A stretch of 64,000 nt of DNA, from the NCBI RefSeq assembly GCF_006345805.1, contig NC_043024.1, forward strand, positions 1,116,001 through 1,180,000. The letters are read 5' to 3'. Position 1 is the stretch's first letter. Every line of letters starts with the position of its first letter. Under the pieces are notes generated by a model. That model was given only the letters and a program-made list of their open reading frames with translations, had not been told where the DNA came from and did no database searches. Positions 38,506 to 51,960 of this stretch are shown in pieces. This DNA is from Octopus sinensis (Eukaryota). The position numbers and the translations under genes were made by a program.

Positions 38506-40761
38506 GTCTTCACTCACTAAGTATATACTGTCGTGTGTGTGTGTGTGTGTAGTATCTTCTTGTCCTGACACTGTATCATGTTGTAAACGAGTGTCACTGT
38601 CGTACAAGCGGTGTCCATTGTTTCTAATCTTTTGTAAAAATTTGTTTGGCCATGGAGGAAATATTACCTGGAAATATTCATCTCTGCTATAGGCACAGGG
38701 CCTTAACTTTGGGGGATGGTAGGGTGCCAGTCGTTTACATCGACCCCAGTGTGTAACCGGTACTTATTTCAACTACCCCGAAAGGATGAAGAGCAAATTT
38801 GAACTCAGAATGCAAAGATGGGGGACATACAGCTAAGCATTTCACCTGGCATGGTAATGATGCTGTCAGCTCACCATGGGGGAAATATTAATTATTTCTT
38901 TACTACCCACAAGGGGCTAAACACAGAGGGGACAAACAAGGACAGACAAATGGATTAAGTCGATTGTATCGACCCCAGTGCGTAACTGGTACTTATTTAA
39001 TCGACCCCAAAAGGATGAAAGGCAAAGTCGACCTCAGTGGAAATATTACTTGGAACCAGGTGAGGGTTAATGGCAGGAAGAGCACCTAGCTATAGAAAAT
39101 CTGTGTCAATGAATTCCAACTTGGAAAGTTGGGCCTCCAACCAGGCCTTTCACAATTCCCTTGAAGCCAGAAACTTTTCAGCATTCACTTCTATATGTGT
39201 GTGTGTGTGTTTGTGTTTGACCCCCCCCCCACTGCTGCTTGGAAACCATTGTTGGTTTGTTTACATCCCTGCAACATAACAGTTTAGTAAAAGAGACCTA
39301 TAGAACAAGTCCCAGACTTGAGATAAGTACTGGGGTTAATTTGCTTGGCTAAACCCTTCGGGGTGATGCCCCAGGATGACCAGAGTCCAATGATTACCTC
39401 AAGTAAAAGATCAAATATGGAAGAGCAAGAGGTGGGGGGGGGCGATTCAAAGGGAAGCAACTCTGAAGTCTTTTGTTATTCAGTTGAGACAGAAATCATT
39501 TTGGAATGATTTCCATTTCTTTCTCAGACTCAGTCTTCTAATCAAGTGAATGATCTTTTCTAGGTCAGGTGTACTATTCAAGATGGAAAGCCTGAGATAA
39601 TAACCCTCCCCACCCCAGAATCTCTCACAATTGATTATTGTGGGGATTTCAATTTTCCTAACGATGACCTTTCTCTTTATTAAACCTCGTATTCATAAAT
39701 ATTATACAACAGAAGCAGCCCTGGAGTAAAAAAGACTTTTTCCATCATTTATCTTTTACTCGTTTCAATCATTAAACTGCGGTTGTGTCTATAGATATAT
39801 GTGTATGTCTATGTGTGTGTGTGTCTTTGTGTTTCTGTTCACCCCCACCTACCCACTCATCACTGCTTGACAACTGGTGTTGGTGTGTTTACGTCCCCTT
39901 AAGTTACTGGTCTGGAAAAAGAGACCGATAGAATATGTACTGGGCTTTAAAATAATAAGTCCTGGGGACAATTTGTTCAACTAAAACCCTTCAAGTCATT
40001 GCTCCAGTATGGCCGCAGTCAGATGACTGAAACAAGTAAAAGAATAAAAGAACATACATCATCATCATCATCATCATCATCATTTAACGTCTGTTAACGT
40101 GGGTTGGATGGTTTAACCAGGGCTGGTAAACTAAGGGGTATTTCATCTGCCGCTACGTTCTGAGTTCAAATTCCACCGGGGTCGACGTGAATTTGGTAAA
40201 TGGAAATTGTGTTGAAGCCTGTCACCTTTCCAACAACAACAACAACAGCAACAACCTTGGGCACCATTTTGAATTCTGTATGTCTCAGACAGCATCATCA
40301 TCATCATCATCGTTTAACGTCCGTTTTCCATGTTAGCATGGGTTGGATGGTTCGACCGGGGCCTGGGAAGCTGGAAGATGGCTGCACCAGGCTCCAGTCT
40401 GATCTGGCAGAGTTTCTACAGCTGGATGCATGCTTACGATATCACAAAACAACACAAGATGCAATAAACTGCCTGCATCAGTCGTTTGTAGTCAAGGCAC
40501 AACATCCTTCAAAACTTCCTGACATTCACCAACAGTACACCTGACGTCCCCCCATCCCCCCTTCAGCCCCCATTTATTTTGAAGACGTCTTCATTGTTCA
40601 TTTCTTGTGCATTATCCTGTGCACCGTTCATGCACTTTTGGCTACATTTTTCTGATGCGTTGTTCTGCACCTGAGCACTGGATACAATAGTTTCGTCATA
40701 TAGTAAAGATTGTTTGCCAGCATAACATGGCAGTCCTGGTTTAGGACGAATGTTGCTGTAA

Positions 40762-41019
40762 TTTAGCCCCAGGAGACATCGTCTCCAGCTGGCTATACGA
40801 CATGATCTGTGTCCTTACATTTTCAAACAAGGGAGTCGAGCAATCCCCACTCAGCTCAAAAACAATATCTGTGTATTGCGATTTCTGGGTTATTTCTCTT
40901 CATCAGCACAGAATAATTGTTTTGAGCTGAGTGGAGGGTCCTAGATTCCCTTGTTCGGAAATGTAAGGACACAGATCGTGTTGTATAGCCAGCTGGAGAC
41001 GATGTCTCCTGGGGCTAAA
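40762..41019. repeat. inverted repeat, ~112-bp arms (roughly 88% matched), 33-bp spacer
   Basis: 40762-40873 versus 40907-41019; the outer 37 bp are perfect. Confidence 0.95.
40869..40911 (-). ncRNA. minimal type I hammerhead-like motif, decayed
   Basis: CUGUG-CUGAUGA-AGAG-aaauaa-CCCA-GAAA-UCGCAA-UA|CACAG; stem I perfect, stems II and III imperfect. Confidence 0.55.
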
Positions 41020-41559
41020 CCCCTTTAGGCAGTGCTCCAGCATGATCACAGTTCAATCATTGAAGCAAGTAAATATTATTAAATCTTTTTTTTTTTATAA
41101 AACCTTCAAATTGCTAATGGTGTGATGTAACATTTATATTTCTTTACTGCCCACAAGGGGCTAAACATAGAAGGGACAAATAAAGACAGATAAAGGTATT
41201 AAGTCGATTACATCGTCCTCAGTGCGAAACTGGTACTTTATTTATTGACCCTGAAAGGATGAAAGGCAAAGTCGACCTTGGTGGAATTTGAACTCAAAAA
41301 CGTAACGAGTGTGCCTTAACACTTGTGTAACTCACTCCATACAGTATGTTTTACTGCATAAAATGGTGCTGCTGTTATTTGGGTGATCCCATTATTTGGG
41401 TGGTCCCATTATTTTGGGTGAGGCCATAGGAGAAACAACAGATGGGCACTTTGTGTGCCTTACAGAAATTAGTTTTAATCCTTTATGTTGTGAGTTCATA
41501 TTCCACCCTTTCACATCTCTGGAGTCATACCAACAAACTAGTGAACTACTAGAGTTGCT

Positions 41560-41800
41560 TCAGTCAGTTACATACGAAACGGTACCAGTCTTTTGGCGCC
41601 GTGCCCACCTGGAAGACCATTATTTAGAGATACGTATCCAGATACTGGCAGCCTTTCCAGAATCTTATCAAGCAATTTGTCAAGGTGAAGTCTGGAATAT
41701 ATTTTCGTTTGGAGATTTAGGGGGTAGATTTAAGATTACTGTTGTTGTTCTCCCATCGCTTCCACCGTCAGCACAGTCTGCCTATAATGAGGTTTACGGC
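41560..41800 (-). mobile_element. possible degenerate LINE ORF2 C-terminus
   Basis: GRLC...LNLPP...RLHLDKLLDKILERLPVSGY..LNNGL across frameshifts resembles LINE ORF2 ends. Confidence 0.35.
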
Positions 41801-42455
41801 CAAAGACTCTCCAGCTATGACCTTCCATCCTTTTCTATTTTCTTTTTAAGCTTTTAAATAACATCCAATATTATTTAACCTTCTTTTTCAAGATGCTAGA
41901 GCAGGATTTGCAGGATATTTACCTGTTATTTCTAATGGATTGAAAACCACATAGAATTACCATCCTTAGTTCATAAGTTGGGCAATTAAACTGATGAGTC
42001 ATCATCATCATCATCGTCGTCGTCGTCGTCATCATCATCGTCATCATCGTTGTCATCATCATCATGTAATGTCTGTTTTTCTGGCCTGGGTTGGATAATT
42101 TGGCAGGTTCCTTCAAGCTGGATCGCTGCATTGTGCTCTAGCATCAGCTTTGGCATGGTTTCTAAAGTTGGATGTCCTTCCTCCAAAGACACTCTACAGT
42201 GTGTACGGGATGCTTTTTTTTTTTTCATGCTGCCAACACTAATGGGACACCAGTCCATCAGAGGGTCACTCCTTTTTGCCAGCTGAGTGGACTGGGGCAA
42301 CATGAAATGAAGGGTTTCACTCAAGAACACAATGCGTCACCTGGTTCAGGTATTGAAACCACAATCACGAGTCCAACACCCTAACCACTAAGCCATTCAC
42401 TTCCACTTTCTATGTAGGGTTTTAAATCTTCTTTCCATTAAAGATTCACATGTAG

Positions 42456-42840
42456 GTGCAGGCATGACTGTGTGGTAAGAAGCTTGCTTCCCAACCACAT
42501 GGTTCTGGGTTCAGTCCCACTGCATGGCACCTTGGCAAGTGTCTTCTACTATTTCCTTGGGCCAACCAAAGCTTTGTGAGTCGATTTGGTAGATGGAAAC
42601 TGAAAGAAGCCCATTGTATGTGTGTGTGAGTGTGTGTCTTTGTGTCTGTGTTTGTTTCCCCCCGCCCATACCAACACTTGACTGCCGATGTTGGTGTATT
42701 TATGACTCTGTGACTTAGCGGTTCAGTAAAAATGACTGATAGAGTAAGTACCAGGCTTACAACGAATAAGTTCTGGGGTCGACTTCTTCGACTGAAAGGT
42801 GGTGCTCCAGCTTGGCTGCAGTCAAATAAAACGAATTAAA
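42456..42840 (+). mobile_element. SINE family A, diverged
   Basis: Head, CORE-like region and tail recognisable. Confidence 0.85.
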
Positions 42841-43888
42841 GAACATCCGACCCTCAGTGAAAAGCAGTTGGTGTGGTTTTTTGCTCAGAGCAAAACTGAT
42901 AAAAAGCATTTACGGCTCCATCGGAAGGAATATAGATTCAATGTCTTTAAGCAATCCCAGCAGTTCAAAGTAGCTTTATCATTGATTTATCTGGCAGTGA
43001 TCAATCTCTCTCTTGGGCTTTTTTGCATTTATCATATCTTTCGTTGATGCAGGTCTGACCTCAAACAACAGCCGTATCCTTGATAAGTGTGACAAACACA
43101 ATGGAGCCATTGATAAGCCTCCTGCCCACCCCCAGCCCTTACACGGCTTCTGTTTAGAAAAGCCATGGAGCTCACAATACAAGCTGACAAAGGAGCTGCT
43201 ACGTGGTCGTACAATTGGCTAGAAATAGAAGTCAAAGCTTCCTCAATTTATCTTTTGTCTTTCATCTTTTACTTATTTCAGTCAGTAGGCTGTGGCCAGG
43301 CTGGGGCTCCACCTTAAAGAATTTTTTAGTCAAAGGAATCGACCTCGGTGCTTTATTTTTTTTTTAAGCCTGATAGTTATTCTATCAGTCCCCCCCTTGC
43401 CAAACCCCTATGTTACAAGGATGTAAACAAACCCACACCAGTTATCAAGTGGTAGTGAGGACAGACACAACACACACACACACACATGCATACACACACT
43501 CTCTCTCTCACACACACATACATATTTGTATACGACAGATACGACAGGCTTCTTTCAGTTTCCACCTACCAAATCCAATTGACGACATCCCTAAAATGCT
43601 GCTGCCACCTGGCCTTGATTTCATCTCACCTGTGCAACAGTGTATTACCAGTCTCTGCATAAGTTCAAAGATTGAGGATGTTGGGCCAAAGAATGCATGC
43701 AGCTGCTGACACAGAGATTTTGAATTTCGTTTGTTTGCAGGTTGTTCCTGAATTTCACAGGCTTTACTTGCTACCTGGTGACCCCTACTGCTTGCAACTC
43801 TTGCTGAGCCTTAGCCTGGCATTCATTAACCCCCGTTCATTACTGTATTTATTTTGAGATGCTCTGTGTTTCTTTTAATTACTTTAAA

Positions 43889-45593
43889 TCATCATCATCA
43901 TCATCATCATCATTTAACGTCCGCTTTCCATGCTAGCATGGGTTGGACGGTTCAACTGGGGTCTGGGGAGCCCGAAAGCTGCACCAGTCCAGTCAGATCT
44001 GGCAGTGTTTCTACAGCTGGATGCCCTTCCTAACGCCAACCACTCCGAGAGTGTAGTGGGTGATTTTATGTGCCACCGACACAGGTGCCAGACGAGGCTG
44101 GCAAACGGCCACGCTCGGATGGTGTTTTTTATGTGCCACCGACACAGGTGCCAGACGAGGCTGGCAGACGGCCACGCTCGGATGGTGTTTTTTATGTGCC
44201 ACCGACACAGGTGCCAGACGAGGCTGGCAGACGGCCACGCTCGGATGGTGTTTTTATGTGCCACCTACACAGGTGCCAGATGAGGCTGGCAAACGGCCAC
44301 GATCGGATGGTGCTTGTTACGTGCCCACAGCACGGAGGCCAGTCGATGCGGTACTGGCTACGGCCACGTTCGGATGGTTTTCTTATGTGCCACGTGACAC
44401 CGGCACTGGTACCACAAAGATACAAATTCCATTGATGTTCATCTATTTTGATTTGTTTTGATTTTCACTTGTCTCAACAGGTCTTCACAAGTGTCACAAG
44501 AAGGAAGGTATGCACAGGTGGACTGACTACGTCCCAGGTAGGGGCCATGGGTTATGGCCTGACTAGTCTTGCCGGGTCTTCGGATGGTGTTTTTATGTGC
44601 CACCGACACAGGTGCTAGATGAGGCTGGCGAACGGCCACGATCGGATGGTGTTTGTCATGTGCCCACCGCACTGACTACGGCACTGATGGATTTCTTGTG
44701 TGCCACAGGCACTGGTACCACAAGATACAAATTCCATTGATGTTCATCTATTTTGTCTATTTTGATTTTGATTTGATTTTCACTTGCCTCAACCGGTCTT
44801 CACAAGTGTCACAAGAAGGAAGGTATGCACAGGTGGACTGACTAGTCTTGCCGGGTCTTCGGAAGGTGTTTTTATGTGCCACCGACACAGGTGCCAGATG
44901 AGGCTGGCGAACGGCCATGATCGGATGGTGTTTGTTACGTGCCCACAGCACGGAGGCCGGTCGATGCGGAACTGGCTACGGCCACTTTCGGATGGTTTTC
45001 TCTCGTGTGCCACCGGCACTGGTACCACAAAGATACAGATTCCATTGATGTTCATCTATTTTGATTTGTTTTGATTTGATTTTCACTTGCCTCAACAGGT
45101 CTTCACAAGTGTCACAAGAAGGAAGGTATGCACAGGTGGACTGACTACGTCCCAGGTAGGGGCCATGGGTTATGGCCTGACTAGTCTTGCCGGGTCTTCG
45201 GATGGTGTTTTTATGTGCCACCGACACAGGTGCTAGATGAGGCTGGCGAACGGCCACGATCGGATGGTGTTTGTCATGTGCCCACAGCACGGAGGCCAGT
45301 CGATGCGGTACTGGCTACGGCCACTTTCGGATGGTTTTCTCTCGTGTGCCACCGGCACTGGTACCACAAAGATACAAATTCCATTGATGTTCATCTATTT
45401 TGATTTGTTTTGATTTGATTTTGATTTGATTTTCACTTGCCTCAACAGGCCTTCACAAGTATCACAAGGAGGAAGGTATGCACAGGTGGACTGACTACGT
45501 CCCAGGTAGGGGCCATGGTTTATGGCCTGACTAGTCTTGCCGGGTCTTCAGAAGGTGTTTTTATGTGCCACCGACACAGGTGCTAGATGAGAC
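43889..45593 (-). repeat. RTE 3' end amplified into a tandem array: 4 x 62-63 bp followed by 4 x ~300-350 bp
   Basis: GTGCCACC marker at 44070/44133/44196/44258; TGCACAGGTGG marker at 44511/44826/45129/45479. Confidence 0.92.
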
Positions 45594-47095
45594 TAGATAT
45601 AACAAAGAATTTAGTAAAATAACTTAGTTATCATTCAACTAGCGTTAGGAACATAAATTGTGACTAAGGTTTGGTGGACGATTTTAATTTAGAACTTATG
45701 AAAATAAGACATTTGAACTCAGAGCCAGAAGCGGTTTCAGTCGGTTTGGTAATGAAAGGGTTAAGATCTTTCCCTAACTTATCCTCTTCACTCAATAACA
45801 GACCAACTTGTCAAGTGCCACTTTCTTTTCTTCCAACAATTTTTTCGCAAGTCTTTAATTTTCTTTGAGCTGATCCTGGTGCGTTCTTTCAATAAACCCC
45901 AGTGTAGGGGAAACGGCTTCATTGAGCTGTTTACTAAAACTTATCCATTGATCACAATAAGTATCGGAATGACATTTTCTTTGGGGATGCAAACCCAGGT
46001 CCAAAATTTTTTATAAGCAAGGCCAATTTTTTCAATCTTGGTATCAAAACAAACACAGGTGTAAAGATGGTTTCAAATTGTGGCACAAGGCCAGCAAGTT
46101 TTGGAGGGGGATTAAGTTGATTAAACCCAGTGATCAACTGGGTTTAATGTTATCAACCCTGAAAGAAGAAAAGCCTAGTCCACCTTCGTGGAATTTGAAC
46201 TCAGAATGTGAAGACGGATGAAATGCCAGTCAGCATTTCACCTGACATGCTAACGAATCTGCCACCTCACCACCTTAAGCACTGGTAGAATAGTCCTTTC
46301 TATTATAGGCACAAGGCCTGAAATTTGGGGGAGGAGGATAGTCGATTACATTGACCCCATGACCCCAGGGATCAGCTGGTATTTATCAGCCCTGAAAGGA
46401 TGAAAAGTAAAGTCAACTTCTGTAGGATTTGAACTCAGAACATGAAGACGGACAAAACGCTACTCAGCATTTCACCTGACATGCTAACGATTCTGTTAGC
46501 TTGCTACATTAAACACAGGTAGAACCATGATAATTATTATCTCTATATCAATCAAAACGGATTCGTCCGACAATGGAAAAGTAATGTTCCAAACCATTAC
46601 AGAAGTGTTTCTCTGTTCGTTTTGGCAATGAAATTTTACAGAAGGACGTTCAAATCGTTTTCATTGCCCCCACGAAAATTTCAGGGGACACGCTTGTACA
46701 ACCCTGCACCCCCTGTCCCTGAGCCTATGTGGATCCCCACTGTGATTTAGATTGATTGCTTGAACTGCTTCTTGTATTGTCCAAGGGGAGTTTAATGTAG
46801 AAGCATTAATCCACTTGGGTGCATTTGTGTTGCCGCACTTCAGTTTTTTAAGGTCAGTGATCAAGAGGCAGACAGACTGGAGTAGCGTACAGTGTTGCAT
46901 TTAGCAGAGAGATTTTACATCTGGTGGGTCTTTTCTGCAGACAATTACATAATTGAGAATATGCCACCGAAACCCCTCACCACACACATTCATACATACA
47001 CATATATACATACATATTTACAAACTTATACACACATACATGCGTACATACATACATATGTATGTGTGTACATATATATGTATGTACTCATATAT

Positions 47096-47400
47096 GTGAA
47101 GGTACATGGTTTAGTGGTGATCGTAAGGTTGTGAGTTCAATTCCCAGCAACGCGTTGTGTCCTTGAGCAAGACACTTTATTTCACGCTGTTCCAGTCCAC
47201 CCAGCTGGCAAAAATGAGTAGTAGCTGTAATTCAAAGGGCCGGCCTTGTCACACTTTTGTGTCACACTGAATCTCCCCAAGAACTATTTTAAGGGTACAC
47301 ATGTCTGTGGAGTGCTCAGCCACTTGCACATTAATTTCACAAGCAATCTGTTCCATCGATCGTATCAAATGGGATCCTCGTCGTTGTAACCGACGGAGTG
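47096..47400 (+). mobile_element. SINE family D (body B + tail 2)
   Basis: TGTGTCCTTGAGCAAGACAC body, then the GGGCCGGCCTTGTCACAC tail. Confidence 0.85.
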
Positions 47401-47957
47401 TGCTATTTCACACTGATTTTACTCACTGACATGGATCGGTTATTTCTGTAACTGTTGAACATTTAGCTGTGTAATCACAGTTAAATCTTTTGTCAATATT
47501 GAGGGAAAAAAAAACTAAGGTGGCACACTGGCAGAATCATTAGCAGCATTTTGTCTGTATGTTCTGAGTTCAAATTCTGCCAAGGTTGACTTTGTTTTTC
47601 ATCCCTTCAGGGTCAATAAAATAAGTACCAGTTGAACACAGGGGTCAATGTAATTGACTTATTCCCTCGCTAAAGTTGCTGGCCTTGTATCAAAATTTAA
47701 AACCAATATTAAGGAAAACTGAAACAAGCAGAGTGATCTGATTTGCTTATTACACACCAATTATTGCAGTCAGTAGTTCAGTACCTGAACTGCACAGACA
47801 GTATGTCTCGTGTTCCTTGATATTCTGTTCCTTCAAAGTTGTGTTCCTGATGCATTGGGTTGATGTTTATCTCTGGTATTAAATGAACAGGAGAAAAACC
47901 TCTGCTCTGAGGAAAGAAAACTAATCTGTTGTGAATAACTTTATCGGTGAGAGGAAT

Positions 47958-48231
47958 TTAACGGCCGTTGCCAGCCTTGCCTGGCCCCCGTGCCGGTGGC
48001 ACGTAAAAAGCACCATCCGATCGTGGCCGTTTGCCAGCCTCATCTGGCACGTAAAAAGCACCTACTACACTCACGGAGTGGTTGGCGTTAGGAAGGGCAT
48101 CCAGCCGTAGAAACATTGCCAGATCAGACTGGGCCTGGTGCAGCCTTCTGGCTTCCCAGACCCCAGTTGAACCGTCCAACCTGTGCTAGCATGGAAAGCG
48201 GACGCTAAATGATGATGATGATGATGATGAT
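47958..48231 (+). mobile_element. RTE-LINE 3' end (family C)
   Basis: Family C motifs and GAT tail. Confidence 0.85.
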
Positions 48232-48246
48232 GTATGTATAAGCTTA

Positions 48247-48298
<52 letters not shown>

Positions 48299-48554
48299 GT
48301 ATTGTTGTTTTAGTTGCTTTTGCTGTTTAAAGTTGTCAGCAAAGAATGCCATTTTGATATTTTTTGTTATTTCCTACACTCTCCAGATTGTTGATACAAT
48401 GTGTGCATGTCTATATACACACACGAACACACACACGCATGTAGGTATGCATGCACATATATACTGTACAAATTATGTATATATATATATATTTATGAAT
48501 ATGTGTGTTTATGTATATACACACTAGCCCACACCCGCATATGTATAATATATA

Positions 48555-48602
<48 letters not shown>

Positions 48603-48763
48603 TGGCATACACCCACATATGTATAATATATATACATATATGTTCATAAATATATATATATATGAACATATATGCATATATATATATATATATATGAACA
48701 TATATGTACATATATTATACATATGTGGGTGTGTGCATATATATATATATATATGAACATATA

Positions 48764-48821
<58 letters not shown>

Positions 48822-49419
48822 CATATATATATGAACACATGACTGTGTGCACAAAACACACCTATCCACACAGATACACTACATTAACACACAGATGAAT
48901 GTGTTCAAACAAAGGGAACAGGGGATAGGAGAGAATTCGTTCCACAGGGACTGTAGCACATGACTTTTGCATCGCCACGCAGCTACGCATGCACTTGTAT
49001 ATTAGTGAATACATATCGTGTCTGCGTGTGCGTCTACACACACACATTCATGCATGCGTCTACACACACACGCACATGCACACATACATGCATAATGTAT
49101 GTAAGTACAAAAGAAATGGAACGTTCTCCGATGCGTTGGATGGAGATGGATGCTGCAAGTAGGTTATTGCTGTTGTTTACTCTCTCTGCAGGCCAGTCCC
49201 GATCAAAAGCATTCCAATCCACGACCATCCCCTCTTAGAGGAAGGGAGAACTCTGTTGTTTAATGTGTGGGTGGATATGATGGTGATGTAATATTAAATA
49301 ACAATGCCCACCCTTGTGTGGTGCGATTCAGTAGAGGGTGGTTTCGTTGGGGTAGGAGACAATAAAAGAGGGTTTGTTGAGGTATGGGAGCAATCTAATG
49401 GTATGGTTGAGTGGTATGG

Positions 49420-49835
49420 CTGCCAGTGTTATGACTGTTGGTGGTATAGTACAGCTGTTAGTGGTATAGTATGGCAGTGAATTATGTAGTATGGCTGTCA
49501 GTAATGTGGTATGGCTGTCAGTGGTAGAGTATGACTGTCAGGGGTATAGTATGGCTTTCAGTGGTAGAGTATGGCTGTCAGTGTTATAGTATGGCTGTCA
49601 GTGTTATAGTATGGCTGTCAGTGTTATAGTATGTCTGTCAGTGTTATAGTATGGCTGTCAGTAATATAGTATGGCTGTCAGTGATATAGTATGGCTGTCA
49701 GTAATATAGTATGGCTGTCAGTGTTATAGTATGGCTGTCAGTGTTATAGTATGGCTTTCAGTGGTAGAGTATGGCTGTCAGGGGTGTAGTATGGCAGTGA
49801 GTAATATAGTATGGCTGTTAATGGTATAGTATGGT
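49420..49835. repeat. 20-bp minisatellite (GTGTTATAGTATGGCTGTCA)n
   Basis: In-register units from about 49560 to 49800 with decaying flanks; roughly 18-20 units. Confidence 0.95.
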
Positions 49836-50219
49836 ATGGTAGAGCAGTCATTGGTGTAGCATTGCTGTTGGTGGTATAGAGGTTTGGGTGTCTGAGGTTT
49901 AGCGATGAGGCCGCCGTCAGTGGTATGGTGGTAGAGTAAACTACAAGGAGTAAAAGTACCGACATAAAATTATTGATTCCTTGTAAAGTTAGGCAGGTAC
50001 CATCATCAAAGTTAAGTGGAAGAATGAATGCACAACAACCACCACCACCACCACCCACCACTACTACTTACTACTATTAACTACTACAAAAGAGAGGGTT
50101 GAAGAAGGGGTCGGTGGTGGGGGGGTGGAAGGAGGAAGAGAAACAAAGGCCAAGAACTACATCAGATGGTAGCTAATTACAACCATGAATAAAAATGGGG
50201 GAAAAGATTTGTTTTTTTG

Positions 50220-50530
50220 TTTTTTTTATATATGATGCTGATAGCAGTGGTGATGATGATGATGGTGATGATGATGGTAGTAGCAGTGATGTTGATGATG
50301 TTGATACTGGTGATGATGATGATGATGATGATTGTGGTGGTGGTAGTGATGATGATGGTGGTGGTGGCGGTGATGAGGATGTTGATGATGGTGATGATGA
50401 TGGTGATGAGGATGTTGATGATGGTGATGATATTGGTGATGAGGATGTTGATGATGATGATGATAGTGGTGATGAGGATGTTGATGATGGTGGTGGTGGT
50501 GGTGAAGATGATAATGATAACGATGATGAT
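50220..50530. repeat. (GAT/GGT)n array
   Basis: Directly visible. Confidence 0.93.
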
Positions 50531-50642
50531 AACAACAAGCTCAAAGTCAGTGCATTGATCTTGAACTCCCACCTTCCTTTTCCCTCCCCCCGTTTCCCTA
50601 TCGCCCCCCCCCCACTCTCTTTCTCTCTCTCTCCCTCTCTCT

Positions 50643-50674
<32 letters not shown>

Positions 50675-51607
50675 TTCTTCCTTTTGTGTTGCTTGGGTTG
50701 GATCCAAAATATCGATAGCTATTGAACATTTCACAAATAAGTGTTTCACTATGTAGCTGGACACCCGCCCACTCCATACCCCCCCACACGCACACACATG
50801 CATCTACCCCCTCCCCCCAGCCCAACCGTCTCTCCCCCACCGTCCCGTCCCGTCTTGTCCCCTCTTTCCCCCCTCCCCTCTATCTGCAGTAAATAGAAAG
50901 TACAACTTATTACATAGTCTGTTTCATCAGTTTTTTCAAATGACCCCTTTTTCTGGCGCGTGTGCGGGTGCGTGCGTGCGTGCATGTGTATGCGTGTGTG
51001 TGTGTGTGTTTTAATGGGTTCTATTGTTCTTGTTGTTATTGCAGTTTTTTTCCTGTTGTTGTTGTTCCCTTATTACTTTTGTCTTTGCTTTTTTTCTTGG
51101 TCTTTAATATCAATAACAAGTGCAATACATATCATCATCATCATCATCATGGTGTTATTTACCTCCCTCCATCCCTCCCGCCTTCCCTCTCTTCAAAGTA
51201 CAAAACTGTGCAGTCCCCTCGCTTACACCCAACCACAGCAAGGGGCTAACCCCTGATCAAGATGCCCAGAAGTCCTTCCAGGGTCATCCCATAGCAAAAT
51301 ATTGCTTTTATATAACCACAGGTCAGTCCTGACTGAGCAGATCTCCAACCAAAACTATTCCAGAAATATGATCCAACTGTCTTTTTCTTCTTTCCTCTTT
51401 TGTATATCAAGGACCACATTGTCCAGTGGGACCATCCTTTCTCCTTAAGCCATTTTAAGGCATTGGGGGAAGGATTTGAGGAAGGGGGTATTTAGCTGCT
51501 GATTCTAGCAGGGTCAATGGCAGTGTTGAATATCTCTTGGTGAAGTGTCTGCACAACGTTGGAGTTTCAAATGGTTTCCAAAAAGTACCTCAAAGAATCA
51601 TTCTAAA

Positions 51608-51609
<2 letters not shown>

Positions 51610-51643
<34 letters not shown>

Positions 51644-51960
51644 TATCGTCATCATCGTCATCATCGTCATCATCGTCATCATCGTCATCATCATCATCGT
51701 CATCATCATCGTCATCATCATTATCATCATCATCATCATCATCATTATCATCATCATCGTCATCATCATTATCATCATCATCGTCATCATCAACATTGTT
51801 ATCACTGTCTTTACTGCTGTCATTTTATAATCACCATCATCATTATCATCATTGTTGTCACCACAACCACCACCACCATCATCATTCTCATTGTCACCAC
51901 AACCACCACCACCATCATCATTGTCATCATCATCACTGTTATCATTGCCTGTGCTGTCAT
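51610..51960. repeat. (ATC/GTC/ACC)n array
   Basis: Directly visible. Confidence 0.93.

Noticed and set aside
41396-41857. 153-aa plus-strand ORF
   Set aside because: No recognisable domain or convincing splice sites; the opposite strand better resembles a decayed LINE ORF2 end.
43042-43222. Candidate last exon GLTSNNSRILDKCDK...GRTIG*
   Set aside because: The acceptor region resembles the reverse complement of the dispersed repeat above; no homology recognised.
44070-44320. CRISPR-like regularly spaced repeats and associated 116-133 aa ORFs
   Set aside because: Contiguous tandem units with no unique spacers, derived from an RTE 3' UTR, with no cas genes; the ORFs reflect the 63-bp unit.
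46685-46750. Candidate last exon GTRLYNPAPPVPEPMWIPTVI*
   Set aside because: GCACCCCCTGTCCCTGAGCCTATG looks like a MITE terminus, and Pro-richness follows from the C-runs.
49192-49263. Candidate last exon ASPDQKHSNPRPSPLRGRENSVV* with a PDZ-ligand-like end
   Set aside because: The sequence matches a dispersed repeat (CAGGTCAG.CCTGATCAAA.GCATTCCA..CA.GACCA, also near 51250, 59900, 62430 and 62680); exonisation cannot be excluded but is unsupported.
51199-51321. Candidate 123-nt phase 1-1 exon
   Set aside because: The donor CAG|GTCAGT and much of the body belong to the same dispersed repeat as 49192.
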